Shown here one piece after another: positions 18,858-28,692 of a DNA stretch of 64,000 bases. The translations under genes were made by a program, and so were the position numbers. The notes beneath the pieces are model-generated. The model searched no databases and was not told the origin of the DNA. It saw only the letters and a list, made by a program, of their open reading frames with translations. The DNA is from a virus. The stretch spans positions 1 to 64,000 of IMG/VR virus record IMGVR_UViG_3300042484_001245, one strand, 5' to 3'. Positions within the stretch are counted from its first letter, which is position 1, and each line of letters starts with the position of its first letter.

Positions 18858-21575
18858 ATGTCATACATAGGAAATGCTAAAAGCCCTCTTATTATTGGCT
18901 CTAATACAAGAGACGATCTTGTTCCTACGTTTGATGGTCAAACCACATTCCAGTTGTCTCAAGAAGTTCCTGGCGGTTACGAAAACAGCATAATCGTTCT
19001 CAAGCAGGCGTATACCACACAAAGCATCATATCAAATAACACAGATATTTCTATTGTTGATACTGACAGAACAGTATTGGTTGATGGTGAGTTAGTTGCT
19101 AGAACTGAAGCAAGACTCACAACGACAAGTCCATATATTGCAGTTTCACTGTCAAACATCAAGCCTGGAGATCACATCACGGTATCTTTAAGTGATGCAT
19201 CTTCAAGTCTTAATGACACTTTTGAAGTTATTGATGTAATCTACACTGGCGATGCTACACACGTTTACATAGCTACAACAATTACACAGCGCACATCTGT
19301 TGGTGATGAAGTTTCTATTACTGCTGGACGCTATGATGATTGGACAATATTAGAGCCAGAAAAAGATTACACGCTTGGAACAACAACTGATACTGCTAAG
19401 ACTCTTACGCTCTCAAAAGCAATATCCCTTAATGATAAAGCGTATGTTTTACACAAGGGTGAAGCAACGTACAATTTAACACCATCAGAAAAATCTGTTG
19501 GTCCTGCTCAACTTCAAGACAATTTAAGAAACTTTAGATGTGATCGCTATACAGCTGATGGTACAACAACAACGTTTATCCTGTCCGGTACCGATAATAA
19601 CTCATATGATGTTGTGGATGCAAAATCTCTTCTTGTATCAGTCAATGGTGAGATATTAGATTCAATTCATGAAGACGCAGGCGCTGATGTTGGCTCGTGG
19701 AGCCTTGATACAGATCGCACAGAAGATGGTTTTCAAACAATAACGTTCACTGAAGCTCCAGACAATGAAGCATCAGTTCGTATCTTACACTTAGGTTTTT
19801 CTACCGTATCACGAAGAGCGTCGTTCTCTCCTGGACAACAAACTGTTGCTGTTTTGGATGATTCTGTTGGTACAGACCAATTAAAGAATGATGCTGTCAG
19901 TGAAGCAAAACTTTCTAACAACTCTGTAACGACAACCAAGATACGAAACAATGCAGTCACTGGCGCAAAAGTTTTACTGAACAATGAAGATGCTATTAGG
20001 GGTAAAACAACAGCTGGTGCTGAACAAGACTTGTTGAAGATAGCATCTGACAATTCTACATCCGTATCTGGTGCAACTGAAGTTTCAGTAAATGTTAATG
20101 GCACAAAAACTGTAGCTGTATCATCAACTCAAATTGTTCCAGAAACATCGAACGTATCTCTTGGCTCATCATCAAAGAAATTCAAAGATGCGCATTTCTC
20201 AGGTGACGTATCTGTAGCTGGTAACATTTCTCTCGAATCGACAAGCACCGTTGGTGGTGTAAATATTTCTACACTTAATGATACTGTCACTGCACTTAAA
20301 ACTTTAATCAACTCTGGTGCATTATCACCTGTTGGTTCGATTATGATTTGGTCATCACCAAGTGTTCCATCTACATATCTGCGATGTGACGGCACAGCCG
20401 TAAACACATACACATATCGAGAGCTTCATGCAATTATTAGCAACGTGTATGGTGGTGCTGCGTATCAAGCTGGTGTCACTGATGTTGTGGGTGCAACAAC
20501 AACCTTCAATCTTCCTGATCTTGTGACACGTTTTCCTGTTGGTGCAAACACTACTGGATCAAACATTGGTCAAAACGATAACGTAGCAAAAGAAAGCAGA
20601 ACTATTTCTCACTCGCACGTTGGCGCTGCGCACACTCACACATACACACATACACACAGTGTGCCTGGTCACTATCATACAGTGGATACATCAGCTGGTT
20701 CAAATATTGCGATTGCATCATCTGGTTCACACATAACATCATTGAATCATACACACTTGAATGCATACAATCGTTCTAATGGACTATTGAATACAGATCC
20801 TGGCAGTACGCCGGCATCATCTTTAATATATGCATCTGGTCATACTGGTGTTGATCCAACTGGAAATGCCAGCATATCTCGAAATGCTTTTACTACTACA
20901 TCTTTGTTTTCTGCGCCTGGAGTCAATCAAACACCATGGCAAGATGGAGAGCACTTACATAGTTCAACTACTGGACTCATGTCTGTTCCACACTCACACA
21001 AAGTGTTTGTGAATGATCATGCCCACAACATTGGATATAGAGAAGCAATTGTAAGAAAACGTTCTGACACATCCAGCGAAAATGCAACAATTAATCAAGT
21101 AGCATCCGTTGGTGCTGCATCAACTGCGCAAGCTGCTGGTACTGGAGGGTTTGTTGCATCGGTCGGATCTGCGCCACAGGGTACTGCATTTAATACAGAC
21201 GTTACTGGCTCGGATTCAACATCACACTCACATTCAATAAACATCAATAGAATCTCAACGACACATTTGACTGGCTCAACACAACACTTCACAGTAACTG
21301 GTGCGCATTCACACTTTGTGACTATTCCTGAGCACAGGGGCGATTCGGCATCAACAGGATTGCACACTCATGCAACATCAACATTCTCTGGTTCGATTGG
21401 TAAAGTGACTGCTGGTAGCAACGGTAACGCTGATATTACTACTTCAAGTATGACAACATCTGATGCAACTGTGCCAGCTCCTACAACAGAACAACTTGGT
21501 ACTACTGGCGCAACTACACAATCACATCTTGTAGTAAATTTCATCATCAAAGCAACTAACACACAGGTAATATAA
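18858..21575 (+). CDS. tail fibre protein with tail-collar domain and HxH-rich tip
   Basis: MSYIGN start; PVGSIMIW...YLRCDG...Y.ELH.II...TFNLPDL..RFPVG collar; about 11 HxH motifs; ends VVNFIIKA. Confidence 0.85.
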   Translation: MSYIGNAKSPLIIGSNTRDDLVPTFDGQTTFQLSQEVPGGYENSIIVLKQAYTTQSIISNNTDISIVDTDRTVLVDGELVARTEARLTTTSPYIAVSLSNIKPGDHITVSLSDASSSLNDTFEVIDVIYTGDATHVYIATTITQRTSVGDEVSITAGRYDDWTILEPEKDYTLGTTTDTAKTLTLSKAISLNDKAYVLHKGEATYNLTPSEKSVGPAQLQDNLRNFRCDRYTADGTTTTFILSGTDNNSYDVVDAKSLLVSVNGEILDSIHEDAGADVGSWSLDTDRTEDGFQTITFTEAPDNEASVRILHLGFSTVSRRASFSPGQQTVAVLDDSVGTDQLKNDAVSEAKLSNNSVTTTKIRNNAVTGAKVLLNNEDAIRGKTTAGAEQDLLKIASDNSTSVSGATEVSVNVNGTKTVAVSSTQIVPETSNVSLGSSSKKFKDAHFSGDVSVAGNISLESTSTVGGVNISTLNDTVTALKTLINSGALSPVGSIMIWSSPSVPSTYLRCDGTAVNTYTYRELHAIISNVYGGAAYQAGVTDVVGATTTFNLPDLVTRFPVGANTTGSNIGQNDNVAKESRTISHSHVGAAHTHTYTHTHSVPGHYHTVDTSAGSNIAIASSGSHITSLNHTHLNAYNRSNGLLNTDPGSTPASSLIYASGHTGVDPTGNASISRNAFTTTSLFSAPGVNQTPWQDGEHLHSSTTGLMSVPHSHKVFVNDHAHNIGYREAIVRKRSDTSSENATINQVASVGAASTAQAAGTGGFVASVGSAPQGTAFNTDVTGSDSTSHSHSININRISTTHLTGSTQHFTVTGAHSHFVTIPEHRGDSASTGLHTHATSTFSGSIGKVTAGSNGNADITTSSMTTSDATVPAPTTEQLGTTGATTQSHLVVNFIIKATNTQVI

Positions 21576-21576
21576 C

Positions 21577-22578
21577 ATGGGCAAGTATATTGGATCACAA
21601 TCACCATACGGCTTGTACGAAAAACAGACCCTTGAACTTGTGTCAGGTCGAACAAAATTTTCTCTCGACTACAAAGTTGGGTACGAAACGTCGATTCTTG
21701 TTGTGTATGAGATTGCTGGTGGTTCAAAAATACTTGAGCCGGGTGTTGATTACAGTCTTGTTGACGGTGGTTCTGCAATTCAGCTAACTTTTGAGCCGTT
21801 CGATAATGATGGCACATACACTGAACGCTTGTATGTGTTGTATTTGGGACGTCAACTTTCAGTTCCTGTGCCACTTGAGAAGAAACCTTTGCTTGTTCAA
21901 GTCACGGGCACCACAGATTCGACACTTTTTATAACATCAGACGTTCATTTAACTGAGCATGGTGTTATCGTATCAAAAAATGGCTCACAACTTAGTCATG
22001 GAACTGATTTTACACTCTCAGCTGATGGCACATCTGTCGTTTTGACATCTGCTCCTGTGGTAGAAGATGCTTTTGACGTTCATGTTTTCGCTGGAATTCA
22101 AAGATTGACACTAAGTTCAATTGATGATGATACAATTACGACTGAAAAATTAAAACAAAACTCTGTAACAACATCAAAACTTGATTTGTCATTCACTTCC
22201 TTTAACGATGGTAACGTGGCTGTCACAGGTAGCGGTGCAATGAGTGCTCTTTCTACGAATGTTGTAGAAGCTGTACACATGGTACAAGGAAATCCAGACT
22301 CAACACACGGCACTTTAGTGAAAGTGCGCATCAAGTTCATCACAACACTTGCTGGAACGTCTGATAATAAGATTCGTTTTACACTTCCAGCTAATTTGCC
22401 GACCGAAAGCACCGTTATTGGGGGTTCTGTTGTCATAAAGACTGATGATTCGATTGAAAGCGGCATTTTGAGCTGGGGAGCTAGTAATGCCGTCGATGTT
22501 TATCGACAATTCGGCGTAAACTACGCTCTGGGTGTGCATACCATCGAGGCTTCGTTCGAGTATATCGCTAAACGATAG
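21577..22578 (+). CDS. fibre-associated structural protein with two adaptor-like beta modules
   Basis: MGKYIG start; LEPGVDYSL and NGSQL.HGTDFTL...SAP modules; IDDDTITTEKL repeat. Confidence 0.75.
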   Translation: MGKYIGSQSPYGLYEKQTLELVSGRTKFSLDYKVGYETSILVVYEIAGGSKILEPGVDYSLVDGGSAIQLTFEPFDNDGTYTERLYVLYLGRQLSVPVPLEKKPLLVQVTGTTDSTLFITSDVHLTEHGVIVSKNGSQLSHGTDFTLSADGTSVVLTSAPVVEDAFDVHVFAGIQRLTLSSIDDDTITTEKLKQNSVTTSKLDLSFTSFNDGNVAVTGSGAMSALSTNVVEAVHMVQGNPDSTHGTLVKVRIKFITTLAGTSDNKIRFTLPANLPTESTVIGGSVVIKTDDSIESGILSWGASNAVDVYRQFGVNYALGVHTIEASFEYIAKR

Positions 22579-22626
22579 ATAAATCCAAAATTTTTGGATA
22601 TTTTTGGAAAAAGTGCTACTTCGGAG

Positions 22627-22634
22627 CATAAATA
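22627..22634 (+). promoter_or_regulatory. late promoter CATAAATA
   Basis: NATAAATA ~175 nt upstream of the coiled-coil fibre gene; preceded by a UUCG-type hairpin. Confidence 0.6.
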
Positions 22635-22810
22635 CATCTATAACATCTTATCATCACTTCGATAATTTCTATATCATCTATATCTGACTTGTCACTTTTG
22701 ACGATTTTACTAATCGTCGAGCATGAATTTACTCTTAGTAATGCTCTTGACTGACTTGACGTTCATTATTTTAACACTTAAACACCATTATTCTTATAGG
22801 AAGAAATCAA

Positions 22811-25381
22811 ATGGCTATAACCAAAATTCGTGGTAACACACAAATTAAAACTGGTTCGATTACCAACGTAGAAATTGCTGCAAATGCAGGTATCGAACTT
22901 TCAAAACTCGCCGAAGGCGCAGAACTCATCAAGCGTGATGGATCTGTAGCTTTTACAGGTAACATTGACGCTGGTTCCAATAAAGTAGTAAACGTATCAA
23001 CCCCAACCGCTTCTGGCGATGCTGCTAATAAAGCATACGTTGATGCCGAGGTTGCTGCTGTTGCTGATCAGGTTGTAAACGACCTTGATCCACGACTTGA
23101 TGCAATCGAAGGTCGCATGACAACTGCTGAGGGAGACATTGATGCTCTCGAAGTTCGTATGTCAAGCGCAGAAGGAGATATTGACTCTCTTGAGTCAGGT
23201 CTTGCTGCTGAGGTTTCTCGTGCTGGCGCTGCTGAAGCAGGCCTTGCATCTGATATTGCTGACGAGGCTTCTGCTCGTGCTGCTGCTGACACAACTCTTC
23301 AAGGCAACATTGATGCTGTAGCATCTGATCTTGCTGACGAAGTTGCTCGTGCTCTTGCTGCTGAAACTGATCTCGATGTTCGCGTGGATCAGGCTGAATC
23401 GGATATCATGGGTCTTGAGGCTGCTGATGTTGCTCTCGATGGTCGTGTGACCGATCTTGAGAACGGACTTGCTGCCGAGACACTTGCTCGTCAAAATGCA
23501 GATTCTGCACTTGATGGTCGTGTAACAACTGCCGAAGGCGACATCGTTGCCCTCGAAGGTCGCATGGACACTGCTGAAGCTGATATTGCTTCTCTTGAGT
23601 CTGGACTTGCTGCCGAAGTTGCTCGTGCAACTGGAGCCGAGGCTAATTTGGCTGCTGATATTGCTGCCGAAGAAACTCGTGCAATGGCTGCTGAGGCTAA
23701 TCTTTCTGTTGATATTGTTGCCGAAGAAACTCGTGCAATGGCTGCTGAGGCTGCACTTCAAGCTGAAGTTGACGCTGTTGAAGCTGACCTTGCACAAGAA
23801 GTTCTTGATCGTGCTGCTGATGTAACTGCCGAGGAAACTCGTGCTATGGCTGCTGAGGCTGCTATTCAAGCTGAAGTTGATGCTGAGGAAGTTGCAAGAG
23901 CTGCCGCTGACGCAACTCTTCAAGACAACATCGATGCTGAAGCTGCTGCTCGTTTCGCTGGTGATGATGGTCTTTATGACTTTATCGACACTCAAGTTGT
24001 TGCAATTAATGCAACAACCGATGGTCTCGCTGCTGACCTTGCTGCCGAAGAAGCTCGTGCTATGGCTGCTGAAGCTGACTTGGCTGCTGATATTGCAGCT
24101 GAAGAGTCTGCTCGTATCAGTGCTGTTGCTGGAGTACAAGCTGAAGTTGATACTGAAGAAGCTGCACGTGCCGCTGCTGACCTTGTTCTTCAAGGCAACA
24201 TCGATGCTGTAGAGTCTGATTACATCGCTGCTGACGCTGTTGTACTTGCAAGTGCTAATAGCTACACAGATACAGAGATCGCTGCTCTCGTGAACAGTGC
24301 TCCTGCTGTCCTTGATACACTCAAAGAACTCTCGGATGCTCTTGGTGGCGACGAGAACTTTGCTGCAACTGTAGCTGGACAAATTGGCGCAGTTCAAGCT
24401 GAAGTTGATGCTGAAGAAGTGGCTCGTGCTGCTGCTGACGCTGCTCTTCAAGCTGAGATTGACGCAGAAGAAGTGGCTCGTGCTGCTGCTGACGTAACAC
24501 TTCAGGGCAACATTGATGCTGAAGAGACTCGTGCCATGGGTGCAGAAGCTGCACTTCAGTCCGAGCTTGATGCTGAAGAAGCTGCTCGTGCTGCTGCTGA
24601 TATTACCCTTCAAGGTAACATCGATGCAGAAGAAGCTCGTGCTATGGCTGCTGAGGCTGGACTTGCTAGTGATATTTCAGACGAAGAAACTGCTCGTATC
24701 GCTGGCGATGCTGCACTTCAAGCTGAGGTTGATTCTGTTGAAGCTGATCTCGCTCAAGAAGTTCTTGATCGTGCTGCTGACGTAGACGCAGAAGAAGTTC
24801 GTGCTATGGCTGCTGAGGTTGCTCTTCAAGCTGAGATTGACGCAGAAGAAGTGGCTCGTGCTGCTGGCGATGCTTCGCTCGCATCAGACTTGTCTGATGA
24901 AGAAACAGCTCGTATTGCTGGTGACGCTGCTCTTGCATCTGATCTTGCAGACGAAGAAACAGCTCGTATCGCTGGTGACGCTTCACTTCAGGGTGAAGTT
25001 GATGCAGTTGAAGGACGTATGGACACTGCTGAAGGCGACATCGTTGCCCTCGAAGGTCGTATGGACACAGCTGAAGGCGACATTGGCGCACTTGAAGGAC
25101 GTATGGACACCGCAGAGGCAGATATTGCCGCGCTTGAGTCCACAGTTCTTTATGTTTCAAATGTTGTAACACGTGAAGCTCCAACTGGAACAATCAACGG
25201 CTCTAATGCTGAGTTCAGTCTTGCATACACTCCTGTGATGAACAGCGAGCACGTATACTTGAATGGTCTCTTGCAAGAGCCTGGAGTTGGTAACGACTAC
25301 TCCATCTCTGGTGGAACTATCACATTCTCTGTTGCTCCAGTAAGTGGCGACAGAATTCGTGTTAGCTACATGAAAGCCTAA
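22811..25381 (+). CDS. long acidic repetitive coiled-coil fibre protein
   Basis: 18-aa (DAEExxRxxADxxLQxxI) and 14-aa (RMDTAEGDIxALEG) repeats; AGGAAG RBS; codon bias like gp23. Confidence 0.85.
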   Translation: MAITKIRGNTQIKTGSITNVEIAANAGIELSKLAEGAELIKRDGSVAFTGNIDAGSNKVVNVSTPTASGDAANKAYVDAEVAAVADQVVNDLDPRLDAIEGRMTTAEGDIDALEVRMSSAEGDIDSLESGLAAEVSRAGAAEAGLASDIADEASARAAADTTLQGNIDAVASDLADEVARALAAETDLDVRVDQAESDIMGLEAADVALDGRVTDLENGLAAETLARQNADSALDGRVTTAEGDIVALEGRMDTAEADIASLESGLAAEVARATGAEANLAADIAAEETRAMAAEANLSVDIVAEETRAMAAEAALQAEVDAVEADLAQEVLDRAADVTAEETRAMAAEAAIQAEVDAEEVARAAADATLQDNIDAEAAARFAGDDGLYDFIDTQVVAINATTDGLAADLAAEEARAMAAEADLAADIAAEESARISAVAGVQAEVDTEEAARAAADLVLQGNIDAVESDYIAADAVVLASANSYTDTEIAALVNSAPAVLDTLKELSDALGGDENFAATVAGQIGAVQAEVDAEEVARAAADAALQAEIDAEEVARAAADVTLQGNIDAEETRAMGAEAALQSELDAEEAARAAADITLQGNIDAEEARAMAAEAGLASDISDEETARIAGDAALQAEVDSVEADLAQEVLDRAADVDAEEVRAMAAEVALQAEIDAEEVARAAGDASLASDLSDEETARIAGDAALASDLADEETARIAGDASLQGEVDAVEGRMDTAEGDIVALEGRMDTAEGDIGALEGRMDTAEADIAALESTVLYVSNVVTREAPTGTINGSNAEFSLAYTPVMNSEHVYLNGLLQEPGVGNDYSISGGTITFSVAPVSGDRIRVSYMKA
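23110..25135 (+). repeat. degenerate coding tandem repeats (54-bp and 42-bp units)
   Basis: recurring gaagaa(a/g)ctcgtgc..ggctgctgag and gaaggcgacatcgttgccctcgaaggtcg. Confidence 0.85.
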
Positions 25382-25405
25382 CTTAAACATTAGTTAGCAA
25401 ATGAC

Positions 25406-25447
25406 GGTGGTGCCCCTCGTGGGCACCACCACACTTATTCATAAGTG
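25406..25447 (+). terminator. double hairpin after the coiled-coil gene (no U-tract)
   Basis: GGTGGTGCCC-CTCGT-GGGCACCACC followed by CACTTAT-TC-ATAAGTG. Confidence 0.55.
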
Positions 25448-25509
25448 CAATTAGTATTACCATACAAATTTTAGACGAACGACAAATTTTACATAACGGA
25501 TAATTAACC

Positions 25510-26910
25510 ATGTCAACACAGATTCGTGGTAATAAACAAATCAAAAGTATCACTATCACTGATGCTCAGATTGCTCAAGACGCTGCAATCAGCACCAGTA
25601 AACTTGCCGAAGGCGCAGAACTCTTAAAAAGAGACGGTTCAGTTGTAGCAACTGGCGACTTCGACCTTGGAACAAATCAAATTAAGAATATTGGTGCACC
25701 AGTAGATGACAACGATGCAGTACGCAAAGCTGATCTTGATGCTGCTACATCTGGAACTCTTGTAAACAGAGAGCAACCAACTGGCACACTCAATGGTTCA
25801 AACACTTCATTCACACTTGCAAACACACCAAATCTTGGTACAGAGCAAGTATTCTTGAACGGTGCTTTATTAAACTCAGGCGCTAATAGCGACTATGTTG
25901 TAGACGGCACAACTCTTACATTCACACTTGCACCACAATCAGGTGACGTAATTCTTGTTAATTACATAACTGACGGTGTTGTTGTAAATGCTGATGTTAC
26001 TAGCACACTTGCACAATTTAATTCACGATTGACAACTGCTGAAGGTGAGCTTTTCACTGCGCAGGTTGATATTACCAATCTTGCAAGTGATGTATCTGGA
26101 ATTAACTCTCGTCTTACAACTGCCGAAGGTGACATTGTTGCCGTTGAAGGAGATGTTGCAACTCTTGAGTCAACTGTTAGCGCAGCACAAGGAAGCATTT
26201 CATCTCTTCAATCAGATTTATCTGCTGAAGAAGCTGCTCGTATAGCTGCTGACGACGCTCTCGATACAACTGTAGGCTCAATTCAAACATCAGTTACATC
26301 TCTCGGCAACAGAATGACTGCTGCTGAAGGTGACATCACTGCTCTTGAAGCTGCTGACGCTGCGTTTGATATTCGTGCTGGTGTTATTGAAGATGGTCTT
26401 CAAGCAGAAACTAGCGCAAGAACAAGTGCTGACAGTGCTCTTAGTTCTCGTGTAACTGTTCTTGAAAACGCTCCAGCTCCTGTAACTTCGTACAACAATC
26501 TTACTGATAAGCCTACATTGTTCAGTGGTTCATATACTGATCTTTCTAACAAACCTACTTTGTTTGATGGTGCGTATGCGAGTCTTTCTGGCAAGCCTAG
26601 TTTGTTCAGTGGCTCATATGCTGATCTTAGCAATAAGCCAACTTTGTTTAGTGGATCTTATACAGATCTTACCAACAAACCATCGATACCAACACCAAAG
26701 AAAGAAATTCCTTCTGGTAGTGTCAATGGCTCTAACGCAGTATTCACTCTCTCAGAGACACCTTCTGTAGCAAACACCGAGCAAGTATTCTTGAACGGTC
26801 TTTTACAGATGGCTGGTGCTGAAGCCGATTATACTATCGCAGGTGGCACTATTACATTCAATACTGCTCCTGATGCTGGGTGGAAACTTGTTGTTTACTA
26901 CTTTGTTTAA
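25510..26910 (+). CDS. fibre protein, paralog of 22811..25381
   Basis: same N-terminus (TQIRGNKQIK...SKLAEGAELLKRDGSV); two adaptor modules; coiled coil; five SGSYxDLxNKP repeats. Confidence 0.85.
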   Translation: MSTQIRGNKQIKSITITDAQIAQDAAISTSKLAEGAELLKRDGSVVATGDFDLGTNQIKNIGAPVDDNDAVRKADLDAATSGTLVNREQPTGTLNGSNTSFTLANTPNLGTEQVFLNGALLNSGANSDYVVDGTTLTFTLAPQSGDVILVNYITDGVVVNADVTSTLAQFNSRLTTAEGELFTAQVDITNLASDVSGINSRLTTAEGDIVAVEGDVATLESTVSAAQGSISSLQSDLSAEEAARIAADDALDTTVGSIQTSVTSLGNRMTAAEGDITALEAADAAFDIRAGVIEDGLQAETSARTSADSALSSRVTVLENAPAPVTSYNNLTDKPTLFSGSYTDLSNKPTLFDGAYASLSGKPSLFSGSYADLSNKPTLFSGSYTDLTNKPSIPTPKKEIPSGSVNGSNAVFTLSETPSVANTEQVFLNGLLQMAGAEADYTIAGGTITFNTAPDAGWKLVVYYFV

Positions 26911-26916
26911 TAAATA
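26909..26916 (+). promoter_or_regulatory. late promoter AATAAATA
   Basis: overlaps the upstream stop codon, before the next fibre gene. Confidence 0.5.
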
Positions 26917-26951
26917 TTTTAACTCATAAGGTCAATTAAGGGATAACTATC

Positions 26952-28631
26952 ATGTCAAAGACAGAAGTTTCTGGAAAACAAATTAAAGACGGTTCGATTG
27001 AGCTTGTAGACTTGTCAAATGCTGTAGCAACCGACATCTCTACACTCAAGAGTGATGTTGCAACGCTACAAACAGACGTTGCTGCAAAAGCTGACGCAGG
27101 AAATCTTGCATCAGTAGCAACAAGTGGTTCATATGACGATCTCACGAATAAACCAAACATTCCTAGCTTGTCTGGGTATGCGACTGAAGCATACGTTGAC
27201 GGTGCGGTATCTGGTCTCGTAAATAGTGCACCTGCAACTTTAGACACACTCAAAGAGCTTAGTGATGCTCTTGGTGCTGATGCTAATTTTGCTACAACTG
27301 TTGCTGGACAGATTGGTGATATTGCATCAGACGTGTCAGCACTAGATGGACGTGTTACTGCGACTGAAGGTGATATATCGTCGCTTCAATCGGATGTATC
27401 TTTGTTACAGAACAGTGTAAGTGCAGGAACAAACATTGGTGATCTTAATGGTGTTGCGATCACATCGCCATCTGCTGGTCAAGTTCTAACATATAACGGA
27501 CTTGGTTGGGTCAACGGTGCTGCGCCGTCGTCGTTCAGTGGCTCATACAATGATCTCACAGACAAGCCAACTTTGTTCAGTGGGTCGTATGTCGATCTTA
27601 CTAACAAGCCAACAATACCAACCAATCTTGATAGTTTAACAGATGTTACTGCAAGTTCTCCATCGGCAGGGGAGTTTTTGATTTTTAATGGAACTGCTTG
27701 GGTAAATGGAAACGTAACGCAAGACGATGTTGTTGGTTTATCAGAAGTTGGTATCACTGGTTCTTATGCAGATCTTATTGACAAACCCACATTGTTTGAT
27801 GGTGCATACTCTAGCTTAACTGGAGCACCTTCTCTTGCAACTGTAGCAACAAGTGGTTCGTATGCCGATCTCAGTAACAAGCCAACTTTGTTCAGTGGAT
27901 CATATACTGATCTTACTAACAAACCAACACTTGCCAGTTTTACAACCCTTACTTCTCCCGCAAGTGGACAGTATTTGCGATACAACGGATCTGCTTGGGT
28001 AAACAGCGCAATTCAAGGTGCAGATCTGCCGGTAGCAAACGGTTCTACAGCCGGAATAGTTTCTGCTGGTGACCAAGTATTCAACGGAAGAAAGCAACTG
28101 TTTGGAGGAGCAACTATTAAAGCACCTTGGGTGAATCAAGTTGCTTTGTTTCTTCAGTCATATAGTGCATCACAGACTGCCGATCTTGTTGTTGTGCAAA
28201 ACCTTGCTGGAAATACCGTTACTACCATTCAACCAAACGGAACTATACACGCAATTAGATACACAGAAACTGTTGCAAATGCGTTCAACACTTCACTTGC
28301 TCCATCTTCTGGAACATTGACTGTTGATACATCAGTAGGAAATGCTGTACTTGGTGCTCTTAGTGCTTCTGTTACAACTTGGGCGTTTACGAACGTTCCG
28401 ACAGATAATAGCAAAATAACCACAGTAACTGCTGTGCTTGCTGGTAACGCATCGTTCACATACGGAGATGCTTGCTCAGTAAACGGAAGTGCAGTTTCTG
28501 GTGGTATTAGATGGAGTGGAGGTTCTGCACCTACCGCAACAGCTAATACTGATATTATCACGTTCGTTATTGTTAGAGACAGTGCTGGCACTATTAGGGT
28601 GTTTGGTTCTGCAACAACTAACTTCAGCTAG
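26952..28631 (+). CDS. tail fibre/adhesin carrier protein
   Basis: APATLDTLKEL module; SGSYxDLxNKP repeats; GQVLTYNGxxW repeats; C-terminal IRWSGGSAPTATANTDIITF domain. Confidence 0.82.
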   Translation: MSKTEVSGKQIKDGSIELVDLSNAVATDISTLKSDVATLQTDVAAKADAGNLASVATSGSYDDLTNKPNIPSLSGYATEAYVDGAVSGLVNSAPATLDTLKELSDALGADANFATTVAGQIGDIASDVSALDGRVTATEGDISSLQSDVSLLQNSVSAGTNIGDLNGVAITSPSAGQVLTYNGLGWVNGAAPSSFSGSYNDLTDKPTLFSGSYVDLTNKPTIPTNLDSLTDVTASSPSAGEFLIFNGTAWVNGNVTQDDVVGLSEVGITGSYADLIDKPTLFDGAYSSLTGAPSLATVATSGSYADLSNKPTLFSGSYTDLTNKPTLASFTTLTSPASGQYLRYNGSAWVNSAIQGADLPVANGSTAGIVSAGDQVFNGRKQLFGGATIKAPWVNQVALFLQSYSASQTADLVVVQNLAGNTVTTIQPNGTIHAIRYTETVANAFNTSLAPSSGTLTVDTSVGNAVLGALSASVTTWAFTNVPTDNSKITTVTAVLAGNASFTYGDACSVNGSAVSGGIRWSGGSAPTATANTDIITFVIVRDSAGTIRVFGSATTNFS

Positions 28632-28648
28632 TAGACGAACATAAAAAT

Positions 28649-28674
28649 GTGGGTGGAATTTGAATTCCACCCAC
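28649..28674 (+). terminator. perfect hairpin
   Basis: GTGGGTGGAATT-TG-AATTCCACCCAC. Confidence 0.55.
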
Positions 28675-28692
28675 TATTAAAAGGAAACAGAT

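Noticed and set aside
23195-24613. 472-aa minus-strand ORF and other long antisense ORFs (e.g. 45155-45820, 1320-1982)
   Set aside because: Shadows of the strong GCT/GAA/CTT codon bias on the + strand; Ser-rich, with no RBS or motifs
23110-25135. Repeats as a possible CRISPR array
   Set aside because: In-frame degenerate coding repeats with no unique spacers and no cas genes
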